A stretch of 64,000 bases of DNA from Candidatus Aceula meridiana (GTDB lineage Bacteria > Omnitrophota > Gorgyraeia > Zapsychrales > Aceulaceae). A program made the translations under genes and the position numbers. Positions within the stretch are counted from its first letter, which is position 1; each line of letters opens with the position of its first letter. Below are positions 51,934-61,000 of the stretch, one piece after another. The DNA lies in NCBI GenBank assembly GCA_030765185.1, contig JAVCDE010000024.1:251538-315537 (forward strand), written 5' to 3'. The notes under the pieces were generated by a model. That model saw only the letters and a program-made list of their open reading frames with translations. It was not told where the DNA came from and did no database searches.

Positions 51934-53359
51934 TCATATCCGCAACAATTTTTGACGATGCAATCACAACCGGCAGGCCTCCTCCGGGTTGTGTGCTAGC
52001 ACCGACATAATAAATATTTTTATAATTGGCGTCTTGATTGGCAGGCCTAAAAAACGCGCTTTGCATCAAATTGTGAGCCAGGCCAAAGGTTGCGCCATAT
52101 TTGATGTTGTATTGAGTAATAAAGTCTTTAGGATAAAATTTGTGTTCAACTTCAATTAAGTCTTCGATATTCTCGCCTGTCACTTCATTAATTTTTTGAT
52201 AAATAATCTTTTTGAGCTTTTCCTCATAATTCTTGATGTCATCTTCCTTTCCCTTAAGGTTCGAGACTGGAATAAGGATATAGACAATTTCTTTATTCTT
52301 CGGTGCCAAGGATGGGTCCGTTACCGTCGGGACGTGGATATAAAAGGACGGGTCATCGGGCATAATATTTTTCTTAAAAATATCTTCTAAATTCTTATTA
52401 AGGTCATTGGCAAAAAATAAATTATGGTGATCAAGTCCGTTTAGTTTTTTTGATAACCCTAGATACAACAAAAAAACAGAGCAAGAATACCGATAATCCG
52501 GAATCTGCCGTCTAAAAATATTTGTCTGCGCATAAGGAAGGTCCGCGTTGATAACAACCTCATCAAAAACTTGCGGCTGGCCTTGTGCCTGAAGGGCAAC
52601 CCCTTTTCCTCGCGGGTATATGGATCTTATCTCACAATTATAATGAAACACGGCTCCGTTTTTCTTTGCGATTTTCTCAAGAGCTTTCGGAATTTCGTAC
52701 ATCCCTCCCATTGGATGCGCAATTTTCTGTACATGGTCTGAATATGTGATGATGCTGTAAAACCCAGGCGCCTCATAAGGCGAAACCCCCATAAACATAG
52801 CCTCAAAAGTAAAAGCATAACAGAGCTCTTCACTTTTAAAAAACTCTTTGGCGAGCTTCCAGTATGATTTAAAAGGCTCAAGGTCAAACAAAAGCCTCCA
52901 ATGTTTTGGATTCAAAAGCTTTGAAGGTGTAAAGCATTCGTATAAAAGCGGCTCAACGGCTTTATAATACTTTTTAGTTTTCTTAATAAATTCATCAAAG
53001 CCAACAGAGCTGTTGGGTTCAAATTCTTCTATCTCCTGCTTCGTCTTTTCACAGTCTTTATGAACAGTTAAAACTCTTTTGTCAGGATAAAAAATCTTAT
53101 AATTGATATCAAGGACTTTTAAGTTAAGATGGTCTTCAATCTTCTCACCGCAATCATCAAAAACTTCCTTAAAAAAATCCGGCATTAAAACAAACGAAGG
53201 CCCCATATCAAATTTAAAACCCTTATCTTCCAACATGTGACAACGGCCACCGCATTCACCCAACTTCTCAAAAACTTCAACATCATGGCCTCTGCAAGCC
53301 AAACGTGCCGCGGTAGCCAGCCCTCCAACGCCGGCACCAATAACAGCAATCCTTTTCAT
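51923..53359 (-). CDS. crtI: Phytoene desaturase family (CrtI)
   Basis: VIGAGVGGL, FDMGPS, PMGG, QSAFFRP, VGASTQPGGGLP. Confidence 0.9.
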   Translation of the reverse strand: MKRIAVIGAGVGGLATAARLACRGHDVEVFEKLGECGGRCHMLEDKGFKFDMGPSFVLMPDFFKEVFDDCGEKIEDHLNLKVLDINYKIFYPDKRVLTVHKDCEKTKQEIEEFEPNSSVGFDEFIKKTKKYYKAVEPLLYECFTPSKLLNPKHWRLLFDLEPFKSYWKLAKEFFKSEELCYAFTFEAMFMGVSPYEAPGFYSIITYSDHVQKIAHPMGGMYEIPKALEKIAKKNGAVFHYNCEIRSIYPRGKGVALQAQGQPQVFDEVVINADLPYAQTNIFRRQIPDYRYSCSVFLLYLGLSKKLNGLDHHNLFFANDLNKNLEDIFKKNIMPDDPSFYIHVPTVTDPSLAPKNKEIVYILIPVSNLKGKEDDIKNYEEKLKKIIYQKINEVTGENIEDLIEVEHKFYPKDFITQYNIKYGATFGLAHNLMQSAFFRPANQDANYKNIYYVGASTQPGGGLPVVIASSKIVADMISQ

Positions 53360-53369
53360 TCTTCTCTCC

Positions 53370-54239
53370 TTATTCTAAACAAATAAAAAAACATTCTCCG
53401 GAATTAATGTCAATGGCTAATTCATTGCCCGGATCAAGCTCAAAAGCCTTGTTTATTAATTCTTCGTATTTTTTCATGTCCCCTTTTTTCTTATAAATCT
53501 GGGCAAGCCGCACATAGGGATTAGCAAAAAGTGGGTCTGCTGCAATGGCTTTTTCTAAATACCCTTGAGCTTTATCAAAATTTTGGCCAAGCGCAACCGA
53601 AACAAGCATGTAATAACTTCCTAACCCAAAATTAACAACCGGTGAATCAGGAGCAAGTTTTTGAATAATGTTAAGATGCTTTAAAACCCCTGCTCCGTTG
53701 ATGGCCTTTGAAATCGGGCCACCATAATGAGCAATCATGCCCTTGGCCGCAGCATAAAGTCCGTGCGCTCTTAGGAAATTTGCCTCATCGACATTCTCCC
53801 GGCGCTGATTAATGACTTGGCCGGTTAACCGAATGCTCCCATCAAAATCTTTTTGAATATACCGAATATATGCTAATGTAATCAATGCCGGCGAATAGCT
53901 GGAATTTTCTTTAATAATTTTCTCGAGCATGCCTGCCGCCTCATCTGTTTTATGTTCTCGCCTTAAAATCTCAGCTATTCCCCAGCGCCCCTCAATGCTT
54001 TTGGGGTCAAGTTCTAAAACTTTTTCAAAGACTGCTTTAGAATTTTGTATTTCATAAAAGTTTAAATAGACAAGGCCTAAAACATAAAGATGGTCTATAG
54101 AATTGGGATTTTGGGCAAGTTCTTCTTGCGCTGTCGCAAGGTCAATTAAGTCAGCCTTGTTATGTAAATCTTTCCATTCAAGCGCAAAGCACGAGGTTAC
54201 CAACAAGAAAAAAACTAATAAAATTCCTAAAGTTTTCAT
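53370..54239 (-). CDS. Exported TPR-repeat protein
   Basis: Signal peptide; TPR-like helices (LGLVYL...FEKVLELDP; LAQIY...AFELDP). Confidence 0.8.
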   Translation of the reverse strand: MKTLGILLVFFLLVTSCFALEWKDLHNKADLIDLATAQEELAQNPNSIDHLYVLGLVYLNFYEIQNSKAVFEKVLELDPKSIEGRWGIAEILRREHKTDEAAGMLEKIIKENSSYSPALITLAYIRYIQKDFDGSIRLTGQVINQRRENVDEANFLRAHGLYAAAKGMIAHYGGPISKAINGAGVLKHLNIIQKLAPDSPVVNFGLGSYYMLVSVALGQNFDKAQGYLEKAIAADPLFANPYVRLAQIYKKKGDMKKYEELINKAFELDPGNELAIDINSGECFFICLE

Positions 54240-55510
54240 TCTTGTTCTCTTCTCGGGTCTTTTAAAAACTGAACAATATCTTTTTTAAAGAAGAGCGCCA
54301 AGACCCAGGAAATCCAGACGCGTTTTTTCTTTTCCAAGCGAGGCAGCTTCATTAAATAAACATCACGCCATAAAAGCCATGCCAAAAGGCCTTTAATCTT
54401 AATCCCAAAAATTGACGCAACCCCTTTAAAGCCTCCGATGTTGGCCAGCTGGCCCAAGGATTGAAACGTAAAAAGTTTTTTAGGTTGATTTTTAATCTCA
54501 GCGATAAGATTTTGAGCTAATGCTTTTGCCTCACGTGTAGCGTGTTGAGCCGTCGGAGGATGAGCCCCTCCATTTTGAGTATTGGGAACATACGCGCAAT
54601 CGCCTAAAGCCCATACTCCCTGATGGTCCGGCACCTGAAAATATTTATCGATAATAACGCGGCCTTTTTCTTTAGATAAACCTAAAGCATCAACAACAGG
54701 GCTAATGGTATTGCCAGCTGTCCAAATAATATTGGAAGAATCGACAACCTCATCTGTGCTTAAACCCACCTTGTTATCTGAAAAATCAACAACCTTTGTA
54801 TTCAACTTTATTTCAATTCCTCTTTTTTCAAAAGCTCTTTGGGTATAAACGCCTAAATCCTGATCCATTTCAGGTAAAAGCGTATCCCCCGGATGGATTA
54901 AAACCATGCGCAGCATTTGTTTTGTTAAATTTGGATACCAACAAATAGCGTCTTTGGCCAGGTCATCAACTGCCCCCATGGTTTCTACGCCGGTAAATCC
55001 GCCGCCGGCGACAACAAAAGTTAGAATCTTTTTTTGTAAGCCTTTGTCTTTTATGGAATCAGCTTGCTCAAGGCAGCTAATAATACGGTTTCGAATGGCA
55101 ATGCCATCATGTAAGCTTTTCATCGTGAGAGCGCCTTGCTCTAAATTCTTATTGCCAAAAAAGTTTGGCACAGCCCCTAACGCCAATACCACGTGATCGT
55201 AAGAAATTTCTCTCCTGGAAGATTCAAGGAAAATTTTCCTTACCTTTAGGTCAGCGGAAACAACTTCCGCTTTGATGAATTTTGTATATCTTAAAAGCTT
55301 GCGAAGAGGATTGGCAATGCTGATGCCACCTAAACTGCTCGAGGCAACCTCGTGTAGCATAGGCGTAAAAAGGAAGAAATTCTCTTTGTCGATAAGCGTT
55401 ATCTCGGCGGGCAAACCCTTTTTAACGGCTTTCTCAAGCTCAAGAGCCGTATAGAGCCCTGAAAAGCCGCCGCCTAAAATAACAATTTCTTGTAAGTTTG
55501 ATGAGGGCAT
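54236..55510 (-). CDS. ndh: Type II NADH dehydrogenase-like FAD oxidoreductase
   Basis: ILGGGFSG, FTPMLHEVA, GGGFTGVE, ALGDCA, PPTAQHA; start probably ATG 55510. Confidence 0.85.
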   Translation of the reverse strand: MPSSNLQEIVILGGGFSGLYTALELEKAVKKGLPAEITLIDKENFFLFTPMLHEVASSSLGGISIANPLRKLLRYTKFIKAEVVSADLKVRKIFLESSRREISYDHVVLALGAVPNFFGNKNLEQGALTMKSLHDGIAIRNRIISCLEQADSIKDKGLQKKILTFVVAGGGFTGVETMGAVDDLAKDAICWYPNLTKQMLRMVLIHPGDTLLPEMDQDLGVYTQRAFEKRGIEIKLNTKVVDFSDNKVGLSTDEVVDSSNIIWTAGNTISPVVDALGLSKEKGRVIIDKYFQVPDHQGVWALGDCAYVPNTQNGGAHPPTAQHATREAKALAQNLIAEIKNQPKKLFTFQSLGQLANIGGFKGVASIFGIKIKGLLAWLLWRDVYLMKLPRLEKKKRVWISWVLALFFKKDIVQFLKDPRREQE

Positions 55511-55512
55511 TC

Positions 55513-55938
55513 TTATTTTTGCTTTCGAAGGTGGCAAATAATTCCGTCTAAAGATAGCTTTCCGCTGCCATATTGCAAAAAGACAAACGCGCTTAGGGCA
55601 ATCATTGCCGGATAATAAAAATCATCAGGATGAACTTTGGCAACCGCAACAATCATAATAATGATAACAGGAACAGCTGCGATACGGCTTAAAAACCCAA
55701 TAGCGAGAAGCCCGCCGCAAATAATTTCTGACCACCCGACAACATAGGCCATCATCTTAGGAAATATAATTCCTAGCGTCGATAAATATCCTCCAAAAGC
55801 AGCCAAACCCGGCCCGTCAAACATGCCATATACTTTTCCTAATCCTGCTTTAATGAAAATCCAAGCCACAAAAAGTCTTAATATCCCAATGCTCCATCCG
55901 GTATAAAAACAGCATTTCCCGTTCGTCTCGTGTGTCAT
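55513..55938 (-). CDS. DoxX family membrane protein
   Basis: LRLFVAWIFIKAGLGK...EIICGGLLAIGFLSR...GSGKLSLD; AAGGAGGAG RBS before ATG 55938. Confidence 0.9.
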   Translation of the reverse strand: MTHETNGKCCFYTGWSIGILRLFVAWIFIKAGLGKVYGMFDGPGLAAFGGYLSTLGIIFPKMMAYVVGWSEIICGGLLAIGFLSRIAAVPVIIIMIVAVAKVHPDDFYYPAMIALSAFVFLQYGSGKLSLDGIICHLRKQK

Positions 55939-55957
55939 TTTCTCCTCCTTCAATGAA

Positions 55958-56032
55958 GCCATAGTTTACGGAGCAACAGCGGTCGTAAACTATATGGCTG
56001 AATTGATCCCGTGCACGTAAGTGCATCGGGAT
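55958..56032 (+). repeat. Dispersed two-hairpin structured repeat, copy 2
   Basis: GCCATAGTTTACG-GAGCAACAGCGGT-CGTAAACTAT-ATGGC-TGAATTG-ATCCCGTGCAC-GTAA-GTGCATCGGGAT. Confidence 0.75.
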
Positions 56033-56037
56033 TTCCT

Positions 56038-57444
56038 CTATTTAAAACAATACGGATCTTTGTCTTTTAAAATATCTTTTTTGCAACCGCTTGTAACCGC
56101 TAAGCATCCTCCGCACGCATGACGCAAAGAACATCCATCGCATTCTTTGGCCCCTCTGCGATATCTTTTTGCCATCTTTGAATCATAAATTTCTTGAAGG
56201 CTCTGTTTTAAAATATTTCCTATCAAAGACGGAAACTTGCGGCAGGCATGCACTTCTCCGTCGGCGAGAACAGCTACAAAATTAAATGCAGCGCCGCACC
56301 CAAACCCTGTACAGCCACTAAACAGTTTATCATTCTCACGCTCTAAAACAATATTAATTAAATTATCTTTAAAACCTATAATCGGATTTGTCTCTGACGC
56401 TTTGATATATTCCTCTAAAAACCGCTGATAATCTTCTTTTTTCGGAAGCCCTAAACCCTCCCCCTCTCCTGTTTGCGACAAACGATTAAATGTAAAATAT
56501 TCTGCATGCCCTCTAAGTTTCTTAGCTAAAGGTAGAATCTGGCTCATATTCTCTTTTGTCAAAGTCAGCATCACCGCAGAAGAAATCTTTAACTCTCTTA
56601 AAATCTTTAAAAACTTTATCACAGCGCTAAAATTATTTTTTCCTCGAATATAATCGTTATGTTCAGGTAACCCTTCCAGGCTAACCTGGTAATATCCGGG
56701 CTTTTGAATCTCAATAACTTTTTTTAAATCTTCCCTTGAAACAGGATTGCCTAAAATAGATGTTGAAAATCCCTTTTGCTCAGCTCTTTTATAAAGTTTA
56801 AAGAAATGAGGAGATAAAAATGGATTCCCTCCTGAGAAACAGACATGCCCTCGGACGCGGTTTGTCCGAGTAAAGCGCTCGAGGCCATCAAGAACCTTAT
56901 ACCCTTGCTCTAATGTAAAAGGTGAACGTCTTGTTCTGTCGTAGCAATGTTTGCAATGCAAATCGCAAACATTCGTAATATGCCATTGCAGGGTGAATGT
57001 ATCAGAAATAATAAATTTTTGATCAATATTCTTTGTATTCTTAAAAATTCGCGTATTTCGTTTTAGCTTTGGCGTTGGCTTTAAAATGATTCCTTTTTTT
57101 GCGGCTCTTTTTAAGTTTAACTCAAGCGCCTTAACGGAGATGTTTCCTTGTTGCGCGGCTTGTTCTAGAGAAATATTTTCAGCCACCATTTTAAGCGCTA
57201 AAAGTTCTTCTTTTGAAGCCGGCTTAGCTTGAATACTTACGTCTCCTTGTTTTTTCCAAACAAGAAGCCATTCTTTTTGTTTTTTAGGATTCGTTCGTGA
57301 TTGTGAAAATTTCCAATTGGAGAGAAAAATTTCCAAGGTAGGATTGATTTGGAAATTGTTTACCTTTTTAGGCCAGTGCGGCTTTAGAGAGAAAACTTTT
57401 CTTTCAAGCTTTTCAAGTTTTTGAAGTTCTTTAGTAAAATCCAT
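56038..57444 (-). CDS. sbtM: Radical SAM/SPASM RiPP maturase, SbtM (selenobiotic/thio(seleno)oxazole) family
   Basis: TLQWHITNVCDLHCKHCYD (CxxxCxxC), SPASM GCTGFGCGAAFNF...HACRKF...CDGCSLRHACGGC...DPYCF; adjacent to an SbtA-like precursor. Confidence 0.85.
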   Translation of the reverse strand: MDFTKELQKLEKLERKVFSLKPHWPKKVNNFQINPTLEIFLSNWKFSQSRTNPKKQKEWLLVWKKQGDVSIQAKPASKEELLALKMVAENISLEQAAQQGNISVKALELNLKRAAKKGIILKPTPKLKRNTRIFKNTKNIDQKFIISDTFTLQWHITNVCDLHCKHCYDRTRRSPFTLEQGYKVLDGLERFTRTNRVRGHVCFSGGNPFLSPHFFKLYKRAEQKGFSTSILGNPVSREDLKKVIEIQKPGYYQVSLEGLPEHNDYIRGKNNFSAVIKFLKILRELKISSAVMLTLTKENMSQILPLAKKLRGHAEYFTFNRLSQTGEGEGLGLPKKEDYQRFLEEYIKASETNPIIGFKDNLINIVLERENDKLFSGCTGFGCGAAFNFVAVLADGEVHACRKFPSLIGNILKQSLQEIYDSKMAKRYRRGAKECDGCSLRHACGGCLAVTSGCKKDILKDKDPYCFK

Positions 57445-57456
57445 AATATAGTAATA

Positions 57457-57487
57457 AAGGGCCCCCGCTTAATCAGCGGGGGCCCTT
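57457..57487 (-). terminator. GC-rich hairpin between precursor and maturase genes
   Basis: AAGGGCCCCCGCT-N5-AGCGGGGGCCCTT followed by TATT on the minus strand. Confidence 0.75.
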
Positions 57488-57512
57488 GTTTCATGCATTT
57501 CTTTCTAAGATT

Positions 57513-57956
57513 TTATTTTCCGCAGGAGCCTTTACCGCAAGAAGATTTGGCATCTTCATCCATCTCTTCGTCTTCAGTCATTACATCTTCCTCTCCCATC
57601 ATCTCCCCTTCGTCCATATCCTCATCTTCGCCCACCATTCCATTTTCGCCCATATCCTCGTCTTCAGCTGCCATTTCTTCCTCGCCCATGGCTTCATCAT
57701 CTGCCATCATTTCGTCTTGTTCAACCATTTCATCTTCAGCGGCTTCTTGAGCAACAGCTTCTTTTTCAGCAGCTTCCATTTTTGCCCCACAAGAACCTTT
57801 ACCGCAAGAAGCTGTTCCTTCTTCAGCAGCCTTACCACAAGAACCTTTGCCGCAACTCCCCTTACCGGCAAAAACGTCTTTAACAACGCCAAAGCTTGCC
57901 ACAAGGCTTGCGATGCTAATCCCTGTTAAAATCTTTTTAATTTTTCTCTTGTCCAT
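57513..57956 (-). CDS. sbtA: SbtA-like RiPP precursor, extended multi-core form with three SCGKGSCG units and an acidic Met-rich spacer
   Basis: Leader MDKRKIKKILTGISIASLVAS resembles the SbtA leader and a Sec signal (VFA site); strong GAGGAGG RBS; ends ...SSCGKGSCGK-TAA. Confidence 0.82.
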   Translation of the reverse strand: MDKRKIKKILTGISIASLVASFGVVKDVFAGKGSCGKGSCGKAAEEGTASCGKGSCGAKMEAAEKEAVAQEAAEDEMVEQDEMMADDEAMGEEEMAAEDEDMGENGMVGEDEDMDEGEMMGEEDVMTEDEEMDEDAKSSCGKGSCGK

Positions 57957-58010
57957 CTGTTCCTCCTCATTAATCCCGCGCGCGGGACTTTCTTGGTTTA
58001 TAATAAAGCA

Positions 58011-58038
58011 ATTATACCAACTGCCCTAACGGTGTCAA
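58011..58038 (-). promoter_or_regulatory. Consensus sigma70 promoter of the precursor gene
   Basis: TTGACA-N16-TATAAT with TG-n extended -10. Confidence 0.75.
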
Positions 58039-58066
58039 TTGGTTTCACGCCTATCAGGATTATCTC

Positions 58067-61000
58067 TTAAGATTGCTCTTTTTGTAATTTTCGCTCTTTC
58101 ATCCAGCTATATAAAACAGGAACAAGAATTAAATTAGCTGCTGTTGCCGTCAGCAACCCTCCTACGGTCGGCGCGGCCATCGGCTTCATGACCTCTGAGC
58201 CTGTTCCGCTTGAGAACATTACAGGCATTAAGGCAATAATCGTTGTCATGGTTGTCATAAGGGCTGGGCGTACCCTCTGAAGGCCAGCCCTTATGACAGT
58301 CTGGCGTATTTCTTCAATTGTTTTTGGCAATTTTTCCTTAAATAAATTCTCTAAAGTTGAAAGCAACACAACCGCATTATCTGTCGCGACTCCAAAAAGT
58401 GCAATAAAACCAACCCATACGGCTGTAGAAAATCGAAAATTCAAAAGAAACAAAAGAATAACACCGCCGGTAAGCGAAAGCGGCAATACCGCAGTTAAAA
58501 TCCCTAAAATTTTTATGTCTTTAAATGCCATGTACAGCAAAACTAAAATAACCATTAAGGCAAGCGCCATCGAAGGCAACAAGCGCTTTCTCGATTCCAT
58601 CTCAGCTTCAAATTGCCCCGACCAGCTGATAAAGTATCCGGTAGGAATTTTAAGATTCCCTCGGCTTATCTCTTTCTGAACAGTTTCTTGCGCTTTCTTA
58701 ACAAAATCAACCAACCCAATCTGGCTTTGATTCACATTAATAAAAACGCGGCCATAAGGCACCGTGTTTTCCGAAAAAATCATCGACGGTCCGGCAACAG
58801 TTTTAAATTCCGCTAATTGAGCCAAAGGAATTTGCGCAGGCTTAGGCGCGTTACGCCAATGCCAACGGGTCGGCACAAAAATTCTCTTTAAGGCTTCTGG
58901 ATCATCGCGAAGCTCCCGCAGATACCGGACTCTCACCGGATACCGCTCTCGGCCCTCCACCGTGGTTGTGATATTCATCCCCCCGATGCCTGACATAATT
59001 AAGTCCTGAATATCTTGAACATGGATACCATAACGCGCTGCCTGCGGGCGGTCAATCTCAATCTCAAAATAAGGGCGCCCGCCGATGCGCTCAGCGTAAG
59101 GCGAGACCGCACCCTCAACACGGCCAACAATCTGTTCGAGTTGAATACCGATTTTCTCGATTTCTTTTAAATCCGGCCCAAAAACCTTAATCCCGACGGG
59201 CGTCTGAATGCCTGTTGCGAGCATATCAATGCGGTTGCGAATCGGTTGCGTCATAATAGGACTGACACCCGGCATTTTTGTTTTTTGCTGGATTTCATCG
59301 ATAATTTTCTCCCGGGTCATCCCTTTACGCCAATACTTTTTATTTTTAAGGTGGATAATTGTTTCAATCATTGTCACCGGGGCCGGGTCCGTGGCCGTTT
59401 CGGCGCGCCCCAGCTTTCCGACAACACCCTCAACTTCAGGAATTTCATTTTTAATAATGATATCCTGCTTTTGCATCACATCCGCGACTTGCGTCAGAGA
59501 AGCGCCAGGAAGCAAGACAGGCATAAACAACAAATCGCCTTCGTTTAAAGGCGGCATGAATTCTTGTTTCATTAGCACGCTGAAAATAAGCCCCACGGTA
59601 AAGACCGCTAACGCAATAAAAACAATCACGCGTTTATGTATCAAAGCCCAGCCTAGCAAGGGCTTGTATTTTCCATGTAAATATTTAGCGGTTTTATTTT
59701 CTTCAACGGGTTTTAGCTTTCCCTTTAACGCAAAATAGCTTAACGTCGGCAAAAGCGTTAAAGCAATAATCGCGGCGGCCACCATGACAAAAGTTTTGGT
59801 ATAAGCAAGAGGGCTAAAAAGTTTTCCGGCCTGCCCGGTTAAAACAAAAACCGGAATAAAACTAACAATCGTCGTTAAAAGGGCAAAAAGCACAGGCCGG
59901 CCCACTTCGCCTGCCGCGTCACTGCAGATCTTTAACCGGTTTTCTGAAGTCAGGTTTTCTGTCGAGTGCTCGGAGAGCTTGCTGTAGATATTTTCGACCA
60001 TGACGCAACCCGAGTCGACCATAACGCCGATAGCAATCGCGATGCCACCTAAAGACATAATATTGGCATCCACGCCAAATTGCTTCATAAAAATAAACGC
60101 AATCAAAATACCAATCGGCAAAACAGCCGCAATGACAAGGCTCCCCCAAAAATGAAGAAGAAAAACAACAATCACAAAAATTGTAATAATAATTTCCTGA
60201 ATGAGTGCGCTAGAAAGCGTATGAATAGAGCGATGGATAAGTCCTGTGCGGTCATAAAAAGGAACAATCTTCATCCCCTTAGGAAGTCCGACTTCGATTT
60301 CCTGAATTTTTTTCTTTACTCTCTCAATAACTTTTAAAGGATTTTCGCCGTAGCGCATGACCACAACTCCGCCGGTGGCTTCCCTACCTTCTTTATCCAA
60401 AACACCTCTTCGAAAATCCGCCCCTAAGGCTACACGTCCGATGTCTTTAATGGTCACGGGCGTTCCCGCATGCACGCCGATGACAATATCTTCGATATCT
60501 TTAATGCTTTTAATAAAACCGAGGCCGCGTACAACATATTCGACGCTATTTTGCTCAAAGACTTTTGCGCCCACGTCAATATTGGATAACTTGATCGCCT
60601 CCATAACGTGCAAAAGGCTGACGTCATAAGCAAATAATTTGTTCGGGTCGACATCCACCTGATATTGCTTGACGTACCCACCGACGGAAGCCACTTCGGA
60701 GACACCTTCAACGCTCGTCAATTGATAGCGGACATACCAATCTTGGATAGAACGCAATTCTTCCAAGGAATACCCATCGCCCTCAACCGTATACCAGAAA
60801 ATCTGACCCAAGGCCGTCGCATCCGGCCCTAAAGAAACACTGACATCTTTAGGAATATTTTTTTTAGCTAAATCAAGTCGCTCTAAAACACGTGTTCGGG
60901 CCCAGTAATAATCTGTCCCTTCTCGAAAAATCATATTAACCAAGCCAAAGCCAAAACCAGACGACGAACGAACCACTTTGACTTTCGGCGTTCCCATGAG

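Noticed and set aside
57486-57929. Plus-strand 147-aa His/Phe-rich ORF resembling a metal-binding membrane peptide (also the Ser-rich 57421-57750)
   Set aside because: Antisense mirror of the Met/Glu/Asp codons of the precursor; the minus-strand gene has the promoter, RBS and family context
57513-57956. Possible selenocysteine recoding in the precursor
   Set aside because: All core positions are Cys codons and the stop is TAA; no in-frame TGA
58014-58034. TACC...GGTG as a CsoR operator at the precursor promoter
   Set aside because: Lacks the G/C tracts and symmetry of known CsoR boxes
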